A DNA stretch of 64,000 bases. It comes from Azolla caroliniana (lineage: Eukaryota > Plantae > Polypodiophyta). The notes beneath the pieces were generated by a model that did no database searches, was not told the origin of the DNA, and was given only the letters and a program-made list of their open reading frames with translations. Positions 26,560 through 39,300 of this stretch are shown here, one piece after another. Made by a program: the position numbers and the translations under genes. Location: assembly GCA_043228905.1 (NCBI GenBank), contig JBHGNT010000003.1:10788001-10852000 (forward strand). Reading direction: 5' to 3'. Every line of letters starts with the position of its first letter. Positions within the stretch are counted from its first letter, which is position 1.

Positions 26560-28590
26560 CCCCCTCTTTAAAACATTGCACTCTTGCAATGGAAAGTTAG
26601 GGAAGTTAGTTCTAAGAGTATTTTCGCGTTCCCATGTGGCATCTTTGATAGATTTATCCATCCATTTAATTTGAAATTCTCGGATTACTTTAGTACACAT
26701 ATTTTTTGTTTTAACATCAAGAATTCTTTTTGGTACATTTGGTGTAGAAGATAATTCTTCAGAAGTAACCAGAGTTTCAGTTGTAACTGTATTGTCGCAA
26801 GAACCGAGAAGTTCTTTTAGACGACTTACATAAAAAACTAGATGAATTTCAACACCATCGGGAAGAGCGAGATGATAGGCTGATGAACCAATGCGTTTGA
26901 GGACTTGAAAAGGTCCAAAAAATCGTGGGGCTAACTTAATGCACTTACCCGTAGATAATGTCCTAGAAATGTGAGGTACACGTAAAAATACCTTCTGTCT
27001 AGGGTTGAATACACATGGTTGCCTATTATGATCGACGTAAAAACGCGCTCTATCTTGAGCTGTTTTTATATTATGTCGTGCAATATACAACATATCTTGC
27101 ATGTATCCCGAAGAAAGTTGTGCATACTTCGAAACTCATCATGATGTATATTAACATCAATCGGGGCTCGTGGTTGAAAACCATACATCAACATAAAAGG
27201 AATATATCTCGTTGACGTATGCTTGGAGCTGTTATAAGCAAACTCCAAAATTGGGAGATAACATTCCCATTTTGTTAGTTTTGCACCAACGTATGATCGA
27301 AGCATGTCCTCAATAATTTGATTTACTTGTTCTATCTGTCCATCAAATTGAGGATGATATATGGAACTCATGCTCAGCTTAGTTTCTAACTTCTTAAAAG
27401 ACTTGCATCCAGAAGTCACTAGTAAACTTTGGATCTCGAGCACTCACGATATCCATCGATAACCCATAAAAACGAAATAACTCGTCAACGAATTGGTAAG
27501 CCAATTCAGGAGCTATTACCGTGGTTTTAGTAGTAATAAATCTAGCCATTTTAGTTAGTCTATCAACCAAACCTAGATGGTATCATGGCCATTTTGGGTG
27601 CGAGGAAGGCTAACAATAAAATCCATGGATATACTTTCCCAATTATTATTGGGAATGTCCAAGGGATGTAAAAGTCCTCGAAGGTGATCATAAAGATCTG
27701 ATGTTATTTCCCAGTATTTCGCAAAATAACTGTCATCATGATACTTTTCTCGAAGGTGATCATAAAGATTTGATGTTATTTCAGTGAAGCTAAGCATGTT
27801 AACTTTACGGATGCGACTTAGTGCATCAACGACAATGTTCATGGAACGTTTACGATATCGTATGGAAAAATCAAAGTTCTGGATGAGATCAGCCCATTGT
27901 CCCTTATGACCTTTCAAGTCTTGTTGGTCACAGAAATATTTCAAGGACTTGTGGTATGTAGTTACCACAAAACAATTTCCATAAAGATAAAGGCGTCATG
28001 TTTTTAGCGCATGTATAACTGCAAATAATTCCTTTTCTTGAACAATATACCGACATTGAGCAGAATCAAGTTTCTTACTCTCGAATGCTATTGGTTTACC
28101 ATCTTGATATAAGACAACACCTATAGCATAATCCCGTGCATTGATTTCAACCTCAAAAGGTTTTGAAGGATCAGGTAAAAGAAGTGAAGGAGCCTTGCAT
28201 ACCATGTCCTTGAGTTCCTGAAAGGCGAGGTCTAGTGTACCATTCCACACAATAGGTTTTGTAGACTGACACATTTGACCTTTTAGAAGATCAGTAAACG
28301 ACGTCGTCAATTGGGAGTAATTACCAAGGGATTTTCGCAAAAACCCAAGAAAACCTATTAACCCATTGTCCCCTTCTAGACCCGATTTTTGGATTTGGGT
28401 TCTAACATGGTGGACATAGTCTTCTAGGGAGGAAAACTTCCTGCTAGAGAGGTTCATTAAAGCTTGTGCTGCCTCGGTTTGAGAGGGAGGTTGCAAAAAT
28501 TGGCCGTTGAAAACTGTGACAAAATCTGTCCAGGTATCGGGCAAATTTCCCCAAAGTTCGGAGCCGACGCCACTAGGCGGCAACCTTACC
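26560..28590 (-). pseudogene. D gag end fused to RNase H, integrase and chromodomain (PR and most of RT deleted)
   Basis: LPDTWTDFVTVFNGQF (gag) runs into EINARDYAIGVVLYQDGKPIAFESKKL (RH); WESISMDFIVSLP, HPQFDGQIEQVNQ (INT); PKRILD..FQIKW..DATWE (chromodomain). Confidence 0.9.
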
Positions 28591-31499
28591 CATGTGAGAT
28601 CATGATATCGATTAATGTTTGCCCATGATATGTTTACATCACGACTTGATGTTATGACTATTTGCCTGCCCTTATCCTATTTCTTTGCCAGAAAGAATCA
28701 TTCAATGGCTGAGAATAACGACCCGATGTCATCTGCTCAAGCGGAAGGAACTTGAGTCGTATTTTTTACAAATACAACATTTCCTTAGTTCAACCGCGCA
28801 TCAGATGTCCGAACTTCGGCAATCTCAAAGTGCTCTCGAGACACGTTGTCGCGGTATTCCACGAGTACGTGTAGGATCCGAGGTGGGACCACGGGGTCTT
28901 GGACTAGGGAGTAGAGGAGAAGGAATAAGACACAAAATGGAAGCTTAGCTCAAGAGGACTATACATGTGCACATGTTGCACACCACCAACTTGCCCATTC
29001 CACCTCGGTTTCACACTTTAGCCGGAAATCTTCACGACATCCACCCCCACCAAACCCACATCCACCTGTATATGCCGAGAAAGGAAAAGGGTGAGAGATT
29101 TCGGCGACGATGATCAATCGGGTCCTCTGCCTTACCGGCACCCGACCGTCTCACTGGCTCCTTACCGGCCCCGATCCGTCGACTTCCGGACCACGCCTAT
29201 CCTCCTTTCGGGAACTCACCTCCACAGCCATCCTTGTTGACCTTGCTCGACTTCGTCATCCACTTCGAGCATGCCTGTCCCTTCCACACAACCTCCATAA
29301 CCTCCCAATCCGTCGTACGTCGCCGAACCGTCGGCTCCATTTGATTCGCCATATCCAACATTCTCGCCTTCCTCCTTGATGGGTCCTACCGGACCACGTT
29401 GCTGATCCAATCACCCCTCCTTTGTCCGCCGTGTATGTCCTCCGATCGGGTCCCCGGTCACTCCAATCGCACGCCGGATTACGCGTACCGCATACCACGT
29501 GTGTCCCTCCTTTGGTTCGACCGTCTCCTCCTCCCGAATACCTCGTGTTGACTCCTTCCATCCCGCACTCGCCTTCCGTAGGCTCTTTCCGTTATTGCGT
29601 TATTACGCACGTGCGTGTAGAAGGGGCGGGACCACAGGGGTCTCGGACGAGGGAGAAGAGGGATACTGATAAACCCGACTTCGGACATGACCCGGAGGCA
29701 ACCGAACACGAGAGGGAAAGAGAGAGAGAGAACATGCGCACGACACTAACTCTTATACACATAGGAAACAAAGAAAGAAACGCACCCGACACCAACAGAG
29801 ACACAAATATGCACAACCCTTTATATAAATGATTACAAGAGTGAGTTATAACTCCAGCTCCGAGCCGGACTGAGGTAGGCTAGGTCACAACAACAGACTG
29901 TCGCCAAGCCGCCGTCGGGGAGCTCCCGGGCTCATTGCGTCGAGTGGGGTCTTGCACATGAGGCCAAGTAGAAGTAAACCCCCACATAACATCCAGGCTC
30001 TTCACTTGGCTAAAACCCTTAACAGCCACGAAGAGGGCAGAAGAAGAAGAAGAAGATGACAAGATGAAACCCCAAGAATAAGAATGAGATGAGAACCAAG
30101 AAAACTACCAAACCCTAGACTTACGTGGTATACCCTTCTAACTCAAAATGGGCAACCCCTCTACAAGGGACCATCCCTTCCTTTTATAGAACAAGGAGAG
30201 GAATGCGTTACAATGTGGGATAAATCCCACTTACATGGGATTCTCTGTTCCGACTTGAATCCTACTATTCACACGTTTTAGAAGGGTAAGTGCACATGAT
30301 GCACTCCGCTGATTCTTCTGATATTCCCCGGTTTCTCACCATAGCCCGGAATCTTCACGACATCCGCCCCCACCAAACCGCACGTCCACCGGTACGTGTC
30401 ATAATCGGTGAAGGGAGATGGATTCCGGCTGGTGAGAAATCGGTCTTTCGTGTCCAATCCCGAGTTTGTGCGTCGATCGCTGCCGGGTTTGAACCGTCGG
30501 CTCCGGTTCTTCCTTGTGCATGTCTCCTCGTTGGCTCGTTCGACCTGTCGACAGGTCATCCATGGTGGTCCCATAGTATGCATGCTTTGTTGCTGCCCTT
30601 GACTTGGCCGAATGCACACTCCGCTATCCGCCGTAAGCCCGGGGTCCTCCACTCGAGGAGTGCACGTAACGGCCCGCTTGGCCTCAGTCCATCGCCGCGT
30701 TGTCTTGGTTTCCGTCTTTGCCGCCGCTACCGTCTGTCACTCTCGGTCTCACACGGGCTCTCGGGCCGGATGCCAGAGTCTCTAGAGTCGGTGCGTGTGA
30801 AGTCCCGGCACCACCGCTTCCCTTTTGCCTATGGGTGTCCTCTGCGTCTGAGGAATACTCGTAGTAGCCTGCTTGGCCCTCTTTTGTCTTGCGCCACTGG
30901 CCGCCGGGTTGAAGCCTTTCGCTCGCCGTCATCCCGTCGCCCCCACTAGCTTGTCATCTCGGGCTTGGCTTGCCACGCCAGTCGTTACCACTCCGACTAA
31001 GCCGTCGAGATCTCCGAAGCGGGTGTGGAGGATCCTTCTCAGGCCTGTATATCTTTCCCGGTTTCTGACCCGTGCAGTCCGTCACGCACCCCTTTTTGCG
31101 TTCCCGGCACATCCGTGTGCCATCTCTTAGTTGTGCTCTGATTCGGCCCGCTATGGCCACTTGCACGACTCTTGTTCCGCCCTGGGTATGCCTTGCCAGC
31201 CCGACACATCGCCTGTGCTTGCCCTTATCGGCTCTCGCGAAAACCGTAACCGGTCGGTAAGGGTTTCGCAATTAGACAACTCCTGATCTGCTACTTCGTG
31301 TTGCCTGGTCCAGTTCCCTACCGCCACCGACCTTCTCTCTCGGTCGTACGTTGCCACGTTGGTGGAACAACCGAAATTTCCGGATCGGCGTGAGGATCCC
31401 ATAGGACCGGACTTCGTTTCTCTACTTGCTGAAATTTGGGGTGTCTTTTGTTTGAGTCCATCTCGACTCTCCTCGTGTCTTCCATGTAGCCAGGTCCCA

Positions 31500-32390
31500 T
31501 TTCTTGCCGCCACCGTCAGTATCTTGGTCTTATGTCGGATCCGATGCCGACTGCCCAACTCTCTAGATCCGGTGCGAGGTGACCCATAGGACCGGCCTAT
31601 CCCTGCATTCCGCCCTCGTCCCCTCGCCACCACCGTCAGTCTCTTGGTCTTACGTCGAATCTGATGCCGACCGCCGAAGTCTCTAGATCCGGTGTGAAGG
31701 ATCCTCCTCGGGTTCTTCGTATCTCGGACCCTTATCCCATGTCGTCTCTCTCCGCATGTAGAGAGTGTGGCTCGCTCCACACCCTCTCCCATGTTACAGA
31801 CGTACCGTGTTCCCGGCCTCTTCGTAGGCCCGCTCTCTTCCTCCCTTCTGGATCGGTTATTCGGAAGTCCGCTCCGCCCGGTTCTCGCCCGGGTTCGTCC
31901 GTCACTCCGCATTGCCGGGTCCTGTTCTCCTGCCGCCACCGTCAGTATCTTGGTCTTACGTCGGATCCGATGCCGACTGCCGAAGTCTCTAGCCCGGTTT
32001 GAGGTGACCCATAGGACCGGGTCTTCGTTTTCCGCTTCAGTCCCTTGTCGTCCCGAGTTCGTCCCTCATTCTCTGGATTGCCGGGTCCCGTTCTCCTGCC
32101 GCCACCGTCAGTATCTTGGTCTTACGTCGGATCCGATGCTCACCGCCGAAGTTTCTAGATCCGGTGTGAGGTGACCCATAGGACCGGCCTATCCCTGCCT
32201 TCCGCCCTTGTCCCCTCGCTGCCACCGTCAGTCTCTTGGTCTTACGTCGGATCCGATGCCGACCGCCGAAGTCTCTAGATCCGGTGTGAAGGATCCTCCT
32301 CGGGCTCTTCGTATCTCGGACCCTTATCCCGGGTTGTCTCTCTCCGCAAGTTGAGAGGGTGGCTCGCTCCACACCCTCTCCCGTATCGGC
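31500..32390. repeat. Complex internal repeats in F (five copies of a ~65-bp core plus longer duplicated blocks)
   Basis: ccaccgtcagt(a/c)tcttggtctta(c/t)gtcg(g/a)atc(c/t)gatgc near 31510, 31630, 31936, 32102, 32222. Confidence 0.9.
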
Positions 32391-32687
32391 ACCCTCATGC
32401 GGATTCTGGCCCTGGTCGGAAAATCCATGACCGGATCGCGCTCCAACCGAATCGGAGTGTCGCGTTGTTCAGTCCCTGGTCAAGTCGATTCTTGGTCTCT
32501 TCGTCGACCTTCTCGCGAGCCATTTCCCATCCATTTTCATTGGCATCGTGCCAAGACTCCTCGACACCATCATCCATCTCCTCGGACTCACATGGGCATA
32601 AGGGCCCGAATGCCGAGTTCTCCGGAATCGGTCCTGAGGGCTCTTGTCCGTTCCTTCCCCATATCGTCTCGTTGGTGATTCTTGGTC

Positions 32688-33860
32688 TCACGCCGCCGCC
32701 TCTCTCCTCTTGGGACTCACGTGGGCACTCGGGCCCGACTGCCATCGTCTCGGGAGCAAGTGTGGGAAGACACAAAGAATCGCCCGTCCGTTTTTGCCCT
32801 TGTCCGTAGCGACCGACTCTTCGTGGCTGGTGGTCATCTCCTTACCGATCGCGCAAGCCCCGGCTGGGCTTGCTTCTACTATGTCTGGAGCCTCGGGTTG
32901 ACGTGCCCGAAACCGCCGGTCCCAACGCTTCGATCCCGCGCTCGGTATCCCGGTCTTGTCCTCAGCCGCTCTATCTCCGCAATTCCAGAGGGCGTTATGT
33001 TCCGCACCCTCTCCCATGGTACCGTCGTACCGATCTTCTATCTCCTTGTGGGGCAAGTTCGCCTCCTCGGCCTCGGCTTGCGGCCTCGATCTTTCCTCTT
33101 CTTCGAGCGTTGCCTCTAGAGTTGTGTACGCCTCCGCAATCCTGGCCCCGAAACCGAGTCTCGCCAACTCTCTTTGCCGTTCGACCTCTTCCCGCTCTGA
33201 TGGCATGCCGTCGCGCGCCTTCCTCTTAGCCTTCTCAGCCTTCTCAGCCTGCTCGTCATCTAGCAGTTGGCATACCCTTCTGACCTCCAACCAGTCCTCG
33301 GTAAGGCCATTCGCTCTGTCCTCATCTTCGAGCTCAATCCCGATGGCCTCCCGTTCCACTCGGTCGATTGACTTAACGAACAACAAGACTTTGTCCGCCC
33401 CCATCAAACCTTGTTCCCGCTCCGGGAGCCGAGCAAGTTGTCGCTCGAACTCTCGGAACGCCTTTGTTGCGCCCTGGTGGGTCTTCGCCGATGCCACCCA
33501 CTGGTCGAAGTCGCGTTGTCCCCGGCTCTTTCGCCGTCCCCCATATGCCTGCAGGAGCATCTCTACGAAGGCCTCCCACAAACTATGAGTTTCTCGAAGC
33601 TCCTTCACTTCCGCATGTATACGGACGACGACGACCCGGCAAAAGAACTCCAGCCTCAACGCCTCGTCTACGTCTCGCTCCTCCATTTCCGCGTTGTAGG
33701 CTTCCAAGTAGAATGGGACTTTGTCCCCGTTGAAACGGACAACTCTTTTGACCACTTGCTCAACCGCTTGCTACGCCATCTCTCGTCTTGCTTGTTGCTC
33801 GTCCAAACTCCCTCACCGCTTCGACAAAAAGTTGTGCGAAGTCGTCTTCCTCCAACTCCA
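32688..33860 (-). pseudogene. Gag (capsid-like) coding region of F; frameshift or stop near 33760
   Basis: RFNGDKVPFYLEAYNAEM..WEAFVEMLLQAY..DFDQWVASAKTH..AFREFERQLARL..DKVLLFVKSID lies just downstream of the PBS. Homologous to E and J ORFs. Confidence 0.75.
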
Positions 33861-36325
33861 TTCTCCCTTTTTGCCCTTTCACGTCGGGTTCACCAAATAA
33901 TGTCGTGTTATTACGCGCGTGCGTGTAGAAGGGGCAGTACCACAGGGGTCTCGGACGAGGGAGAAGAGGGATACTGATAAACCCGACTCCAGACACGACC
34001 TGGAGGCAACCGAACATGAGAGGGAGAGAGAGAGCGAGAGAACATGCGCGCGACACTACCTCTTATACACACAGGAAACAAAGAAAGCAATGCACCCGAC
34101 ACCAATAGAGGCACAAATATGCACAACCCTTTATATATATGATTACAAAAGTGAGTTACAACTCTGGCTCCGAGGTAGGCTAGGTCACAACAACAGTCTG
34201 CCACCAAGCCGCCGTCAGGGAGCTCTCGGGCTCGTCGTGCCGAGCGGGGTCTTGCATAGGAGGCCGAGTAGAAGTAAACCCCCATATAACATCCAAGCTC
34301 TTCACCGGGCTAAAACCCTCAACAGCCACGAAAGGGGCAGAAGAAGAAGAAGAAGAAGACAAGATGAAACCCCAAGAATAAGAATGAGATGAGAACCAAG
34401 AAAACTACCAAACCCTAGACCTACGTGGTATACCCTTCTAACTCAAAATGGGCAACCCCTCTACAAGGGACCATCCCTTCCTTTTACAGAACAAGGAGAG
34501 GAATGCGTTACAATGTGGGATAAATCCCACTTACATGGGATTCTCTGTCCCGACTTGAATCCTACTATTCACACGTTTTAGAAGGGTAAGTGCACATGGT
34601 GCACTCCGCCGATTCTTCCGATATTCCCCGGTTTCTCACCATGGCCCGGAATCTTCACGAGACTGTGTGTCGTTGTAGTCCCCCGAATTTGCGCTCGTTC
34701 TTTGGTCCTTAAGTGACCCCATTACGTGCTCCTCGCTTCCCCCTTGCTTGTCGTGCTCTCTTGCCGTAGAGTGTACCATCATACCGACCTCCGTGTCGGT
34801 GTCCTTTGCGGCTCTTGTTACCGCTTCGCCTCGACTTGCGCTGTCTTGGCTTAGCATGTCCTCCGGGACGCCGCGCTTTCTCTTCTGGGCGTGTATCCTT
34901 CTCCGCGCACCATCCTTCTCTCCTGCCGTTCATTTGCCGATCACGACACCTTACCGCTCCGTCTCTCGCCGCGTGCTTGCCTCTCAAAGGCTCGACCGGT
35001 CTGCCGTTGCTAGTCACTCGTCGCCACTCTTCCGGGTGCATGCTTGCTTCTTGGCCCTTCGCCGGCCATAGTGCATGCTCTGTTTTACGCCCTTCACTTG
35101 CTGTAGACCCGACCTACAGTTCGGCCTCTTCTCCCTTTGTTATCGTAGCCTGTTCCGACTTGGGCTTGCCGTCTTGGCCCCACTCGTCCATTATTTCATA
35201 CGGATACCCGCTCTGGTAACCTCGTCCACTTCGGTAACCAACTCCTCGTCGCCACCCGCCGTCTCTCCGGTCTTACTTTGGTCCACAATCGCCGAAGTCT
35301 CTAGAATAGGTGTGGAGGGTCCTGCTTGTTTCCGGTCTTTCACGGAACCGTAGTCGTCATGCCCGCTTGGCCTCCTTTTCGCGCTCACTAGCTCCCACCA
35401 TGTGTTGCGACTCATCCTCCCCGATCTCCAATCATGCCAGCTTGGTCCATGCCCGGTTTGGTCCCGATCGATCATGTTCTGGTTTGGTCGGCTTCCTTCC
35501 ATAATCGTAACCAGCCGGTAAGGGTTCGGCCGAACCCTTCCGGTCTTGCCGGCTCTTCTTCGGTTTGGTCCGGGTTGACCGGCCCCCGCTTCATTCATTT
35601 CCCGGTTCGCCTTCCAGTTGGGTCAATTCCCGACTCTCTCCTTGTTGCCACTCTCGGCCTCCCCTTCGTTCCTTTCGTATATGCCCGTTCTGGGCCTCGC
35701 ATCCTCCTCTTCGTTTCGGTCACCCGTCTTGCCACTGCCACCGTCTGTCACTCTAGGTCTCATATCGGCTCTCAGGCCGGATGTCGGAGTCTCTAGAACT
35801 GGTGCGGGTAAGATCCCGGCACCGCCGCTCGTTATGTCCTTAGCCACCTCCATTTGTTACCGGCCGGCAAGGAGTCCAAAATACGGAGTGAAGGAATTAA
35901 TTAAGTATGGTTGTAAATAAGCATAGTGTGGACGGACGGACTGGAAACGGTATGCCGTTCTAGATCCGGACGGATCCCGAATGGGTGCGATAGGCACCGT
36001 TTTGTACTACGGGCCGGAAACCTATTTAAAGGCCCGGACCCCATTGAAATCGGAGCGGATAATTAATAGAGCATATGGTGTTTATACTTCTGTGTTGATT
36101 TCCGTTCTGTAATTACTGTTATATCTTACGCGTGTAATTAACCAAGCATTCTAATCGTGTAACTTACGTAAGTCGGTGTAATCGTTGAATCTTAATCCTA
36201 TGCCGTAATCACCCTTTGGTGAAGTGTCTCCGTGACACCTTGTGTTAGGCCTTGTCCGGCCAGCGAATAACACAGTTTTGGCGACCACGATTCCTGCTTT
36301 CTCGCAGCGAACGACGGCTTAATGG

Positions 36326-39300
36326 ATGACGAGACCAACGCACGACCTGGTTACAGACCGAGCTCGACGCCTCGCCGAACGGCAAAGACGGCGTGAGACT
36401 TTCCAGCAAGCAGCGCATGAAATTCGCTCGGATCGTTCGTTCTCCAACGAGATCCGGAGAGTCGCGGAGGAATCTCTTCGGTTACAGCAAACTCGCGACC
36501 AGGACGACGGAAGCAGTCTAAGCAGTCTCCGGGAAACCGAACGCCTTCTCGAGGCGCTGGCAAGCGGAGAAAACGAGGCAGAAGCCTTTTCAGCCTACGA
36601 ATCGGATTCCGACGGGGGATACAGCGTGCACACGAACTACCAGAGCAGCAACGATACCCCCGGCGGCCCGGAGGACGACGGGTCGGATACCGTGCCGACT
36701 CCAGAACCGGAACCGCTCAACCAGGGCTATCCGGAACCGCAAACGGAAGCCGTCAACCCACCAACACCGGAAGTGGAAGAAGCAAAGCCACCGACACCAA
36801 CGAAAGAGCCGGCAAAGGTACCGGAAGAAGAGCCGGTGAAGGAACCGGAAAAAGAACCGGAAAAGGAACCGGAAAAAGCACCGGCAAAAGAACCGGAAGT
36901 GGAACCGGAGAGAAAACCGGAAAGATATCAACAAACGCCACTAAACCGCGGCCTAATACTGGACGACGACATGCCGTTCCAATACTCAAAGTATCGCGAT
37001 GACCCGGACGCGGAAGCGCATGTTCATGCCTTCGAGCAGACATGGGAAGCAAATCACACTTCCCAGCGAATGACACCGGAGGAAGAAGAACGCTCGAAGA
37101 TAGCGGAATTCGGGGTCACGTTGGAAGGACCAGCGACACGATGGCGACGGACGCAGGACCCGGCGACCATCACAACCTTTGCAGAATTAAAAGCAAAATT
37201 CTTGCATTTTTTCCACAAGGAGGTCGACCAGACGACAATGGTGGGCCTGTTTTATACAATCCGGCAGGAGGCAGGGGAAAGCATTCCCCAATTCGTCATC
37301 CGTTTCCAACGAATGCATAGCCAGCTTGCCCGTGCACACCCGGAGGAGGAATTACGGACGATATTTTTAAACGCACTCCGGGAACCGTTACGCACGGTGT
37401 GTACGGTAATCGACTTTCGAGGAAGCACCATTGACTAGGTCATTGACCGGGTCAGAGAAATGGAAAAGTCAAGCTCATGGCTTACGCTGGGAACACTACA
37501 ACGGGCGTTACCCACCGAGGAAGATCTCCGGTTCCGGCAAGCAATTCAATGCACAATCTGCTTGAATGCCGGACACTCGGCAGTGGAGTGCACCATGCGA
37601 ACCCAGTGCGTGATTTGTCAATCCAAGAGTCATACAACGGACCGGTGCGAGTATAACCTGTTAAACTGACAAGCACCACCCGTCCGACGGATCGAGCCAA
37701 GAAGCAGCCGAGACGAAGATGACGATCGTTGGCAAAGAATGAACCGGTACCGACCGGCACAGGATGCCCGGTACGGAGATAGACAAGAGAATGATGGCCG
37801 GTACGGGAATCGGCATGATAACTACGACCGGTATGAGCGATCAGACTGTTATCGGGAGTCCAACAGACGACACGAGCAATACGACAGAGACCATTCCCTT
37901 GGTTACCGGAAGCACCAGGAGGACTACGACCGATTTTACGATCCACCACGACCGGACTAACGCAATAAAAATAAGAATAATAAGAAACGTAATTTCAAGA
38001 AAGGTGGTCACCCTAGGGACCCGGAACATGGAACCCCAAGGAGCCAACCGGCACAGAACGCACCACTCACTACGGGACCGACTCCGGCTACCAGCAATGC
38101 TGAATCCAGCAATACCGTAAAGAGTACTGCTACTACTGCAGGCAGGAAGGCCACTACAGTAACCAGTGCCCGGTAAAGAGCTACGAGAAACGACCAACAG
38201 TTAATATGGTGGTTCCGGAAGTGACGGATGTACAGCAAGTAACCACACGGTCGAAAGGCATGGCCAAAGAGTGGGAAACACAAGAGGCCATACGAAAACA
38301 GGCGACGGAATGGGTGAAGGAAGCCAATGGAAGGAACGTCGCGGACGTGGAACGGCAAAAGGCGAATACCATAGGGAGTGCCGGCGGTAGCCACGCAGAA
38401 AACGAGACATGGCAAGCACTGCAAGAATGTCAGATCACGTTGCCATTAGGAAGACTCTTGCAGCTCGTGCCGCGATTTACGGAAGGACTAAAAACGGTCA
38501 TGACAGACGGTATAGCCCCACCGGCACCAGTCTTCTTCTCGAATCCGGAGGAGGGACCGACGGTGGTGGACACTAGTAGTCCGGTGATTACAACTATTGT
38601 CAAAGGGCACGAACTTCCCGGCACAGTAATCGATGGAGGATCCGGAGTGAACGTAATAAGCCTCCGCACGTGCGATGCCTTGGGTATACATGAATGGGAG
38701 CCATGTCCGTTCTGGCTACGGATGGCGGATACAAGCTCTGTACGACCGACGGGCTTAATACGGAAATTGGAAGTCACCATAGGAGGTCACACATTTCACA
38801 TCTCGGCTGTAGTGCTGCAGCTACAGACGCAAGGCGCGTACCCACTGTTGCTGGGCAGACCATGGTTGAAAACAGCACACATCAAGCAAAATTGGCGGAA
38901 AAATATGATTACCTTCTGGCGCGGAAAAGCCAAGGTCCGGGTACCGACACAACCACGGACGAGCAACGGTAAGGAATGCACACCGCTATATGCGGAATGC
39001 GTGAACATGCTTGAAGGGTTGGCAGACGACGAAGAAGCCCAGTACTTGGAGGAACACCCGAAGATCGTACCACTCTTCGAGATTGACGTAGCTGAAGCCG
39101 TAGCGCCATACATGCCGCAGCGGGACGAAACCGAAGCCGAACCAGACAAAGATGCGATTCGGGAATTACGGCAAGCACAGGAAGCGTTGGAACGGGAAAT
39201 GGCCGTTTCCCAACGGGTAAAAACATCCCAGCTCGACGAAGTGAACCTAGGAAGCAAGGATGAATCAAAGCCGGTACACATCGCCAAAGAAATGAAGCCG

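Larger units (their letters stand above)
29593..34662 (-). mobile_element. Pol-less gag-only LTR element F nested in E: LTRs 29593-30362 and 33901-34662
   Basis: ~765-bp paired LTRs. PBS rc tcacgtcgggttcacca 33879-33895. PPT rc tccgcccccaccaaacc after 30362. TSD CCGT/CTGT. Confidence 0.92.

Noticed and set aside
31500-32390. Repeats with variable intervening sequence as a CRISPR-like array
   Set aside because: The intervening blocks are themselves duplicated and of irregular length; these are ordinary internal duplications of F.
30278-32809. Many overlapping GC-rich ORFs in F
   Set aside because: Expected from high GC and repeats; no domain motifs seen.
33879-33895. tRNA-Trp gene
   Set aside because: Only the 17-nt 3' end including CCA is present next to an LTR, so it is a primer-binding site.
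38100-38210. Programmed -1 frameshift between gag and pol of G
   Set aside because: No clear slippery heptamer and the shift falls just before a Gag knuckle; a 1-nt mutation is simpler.
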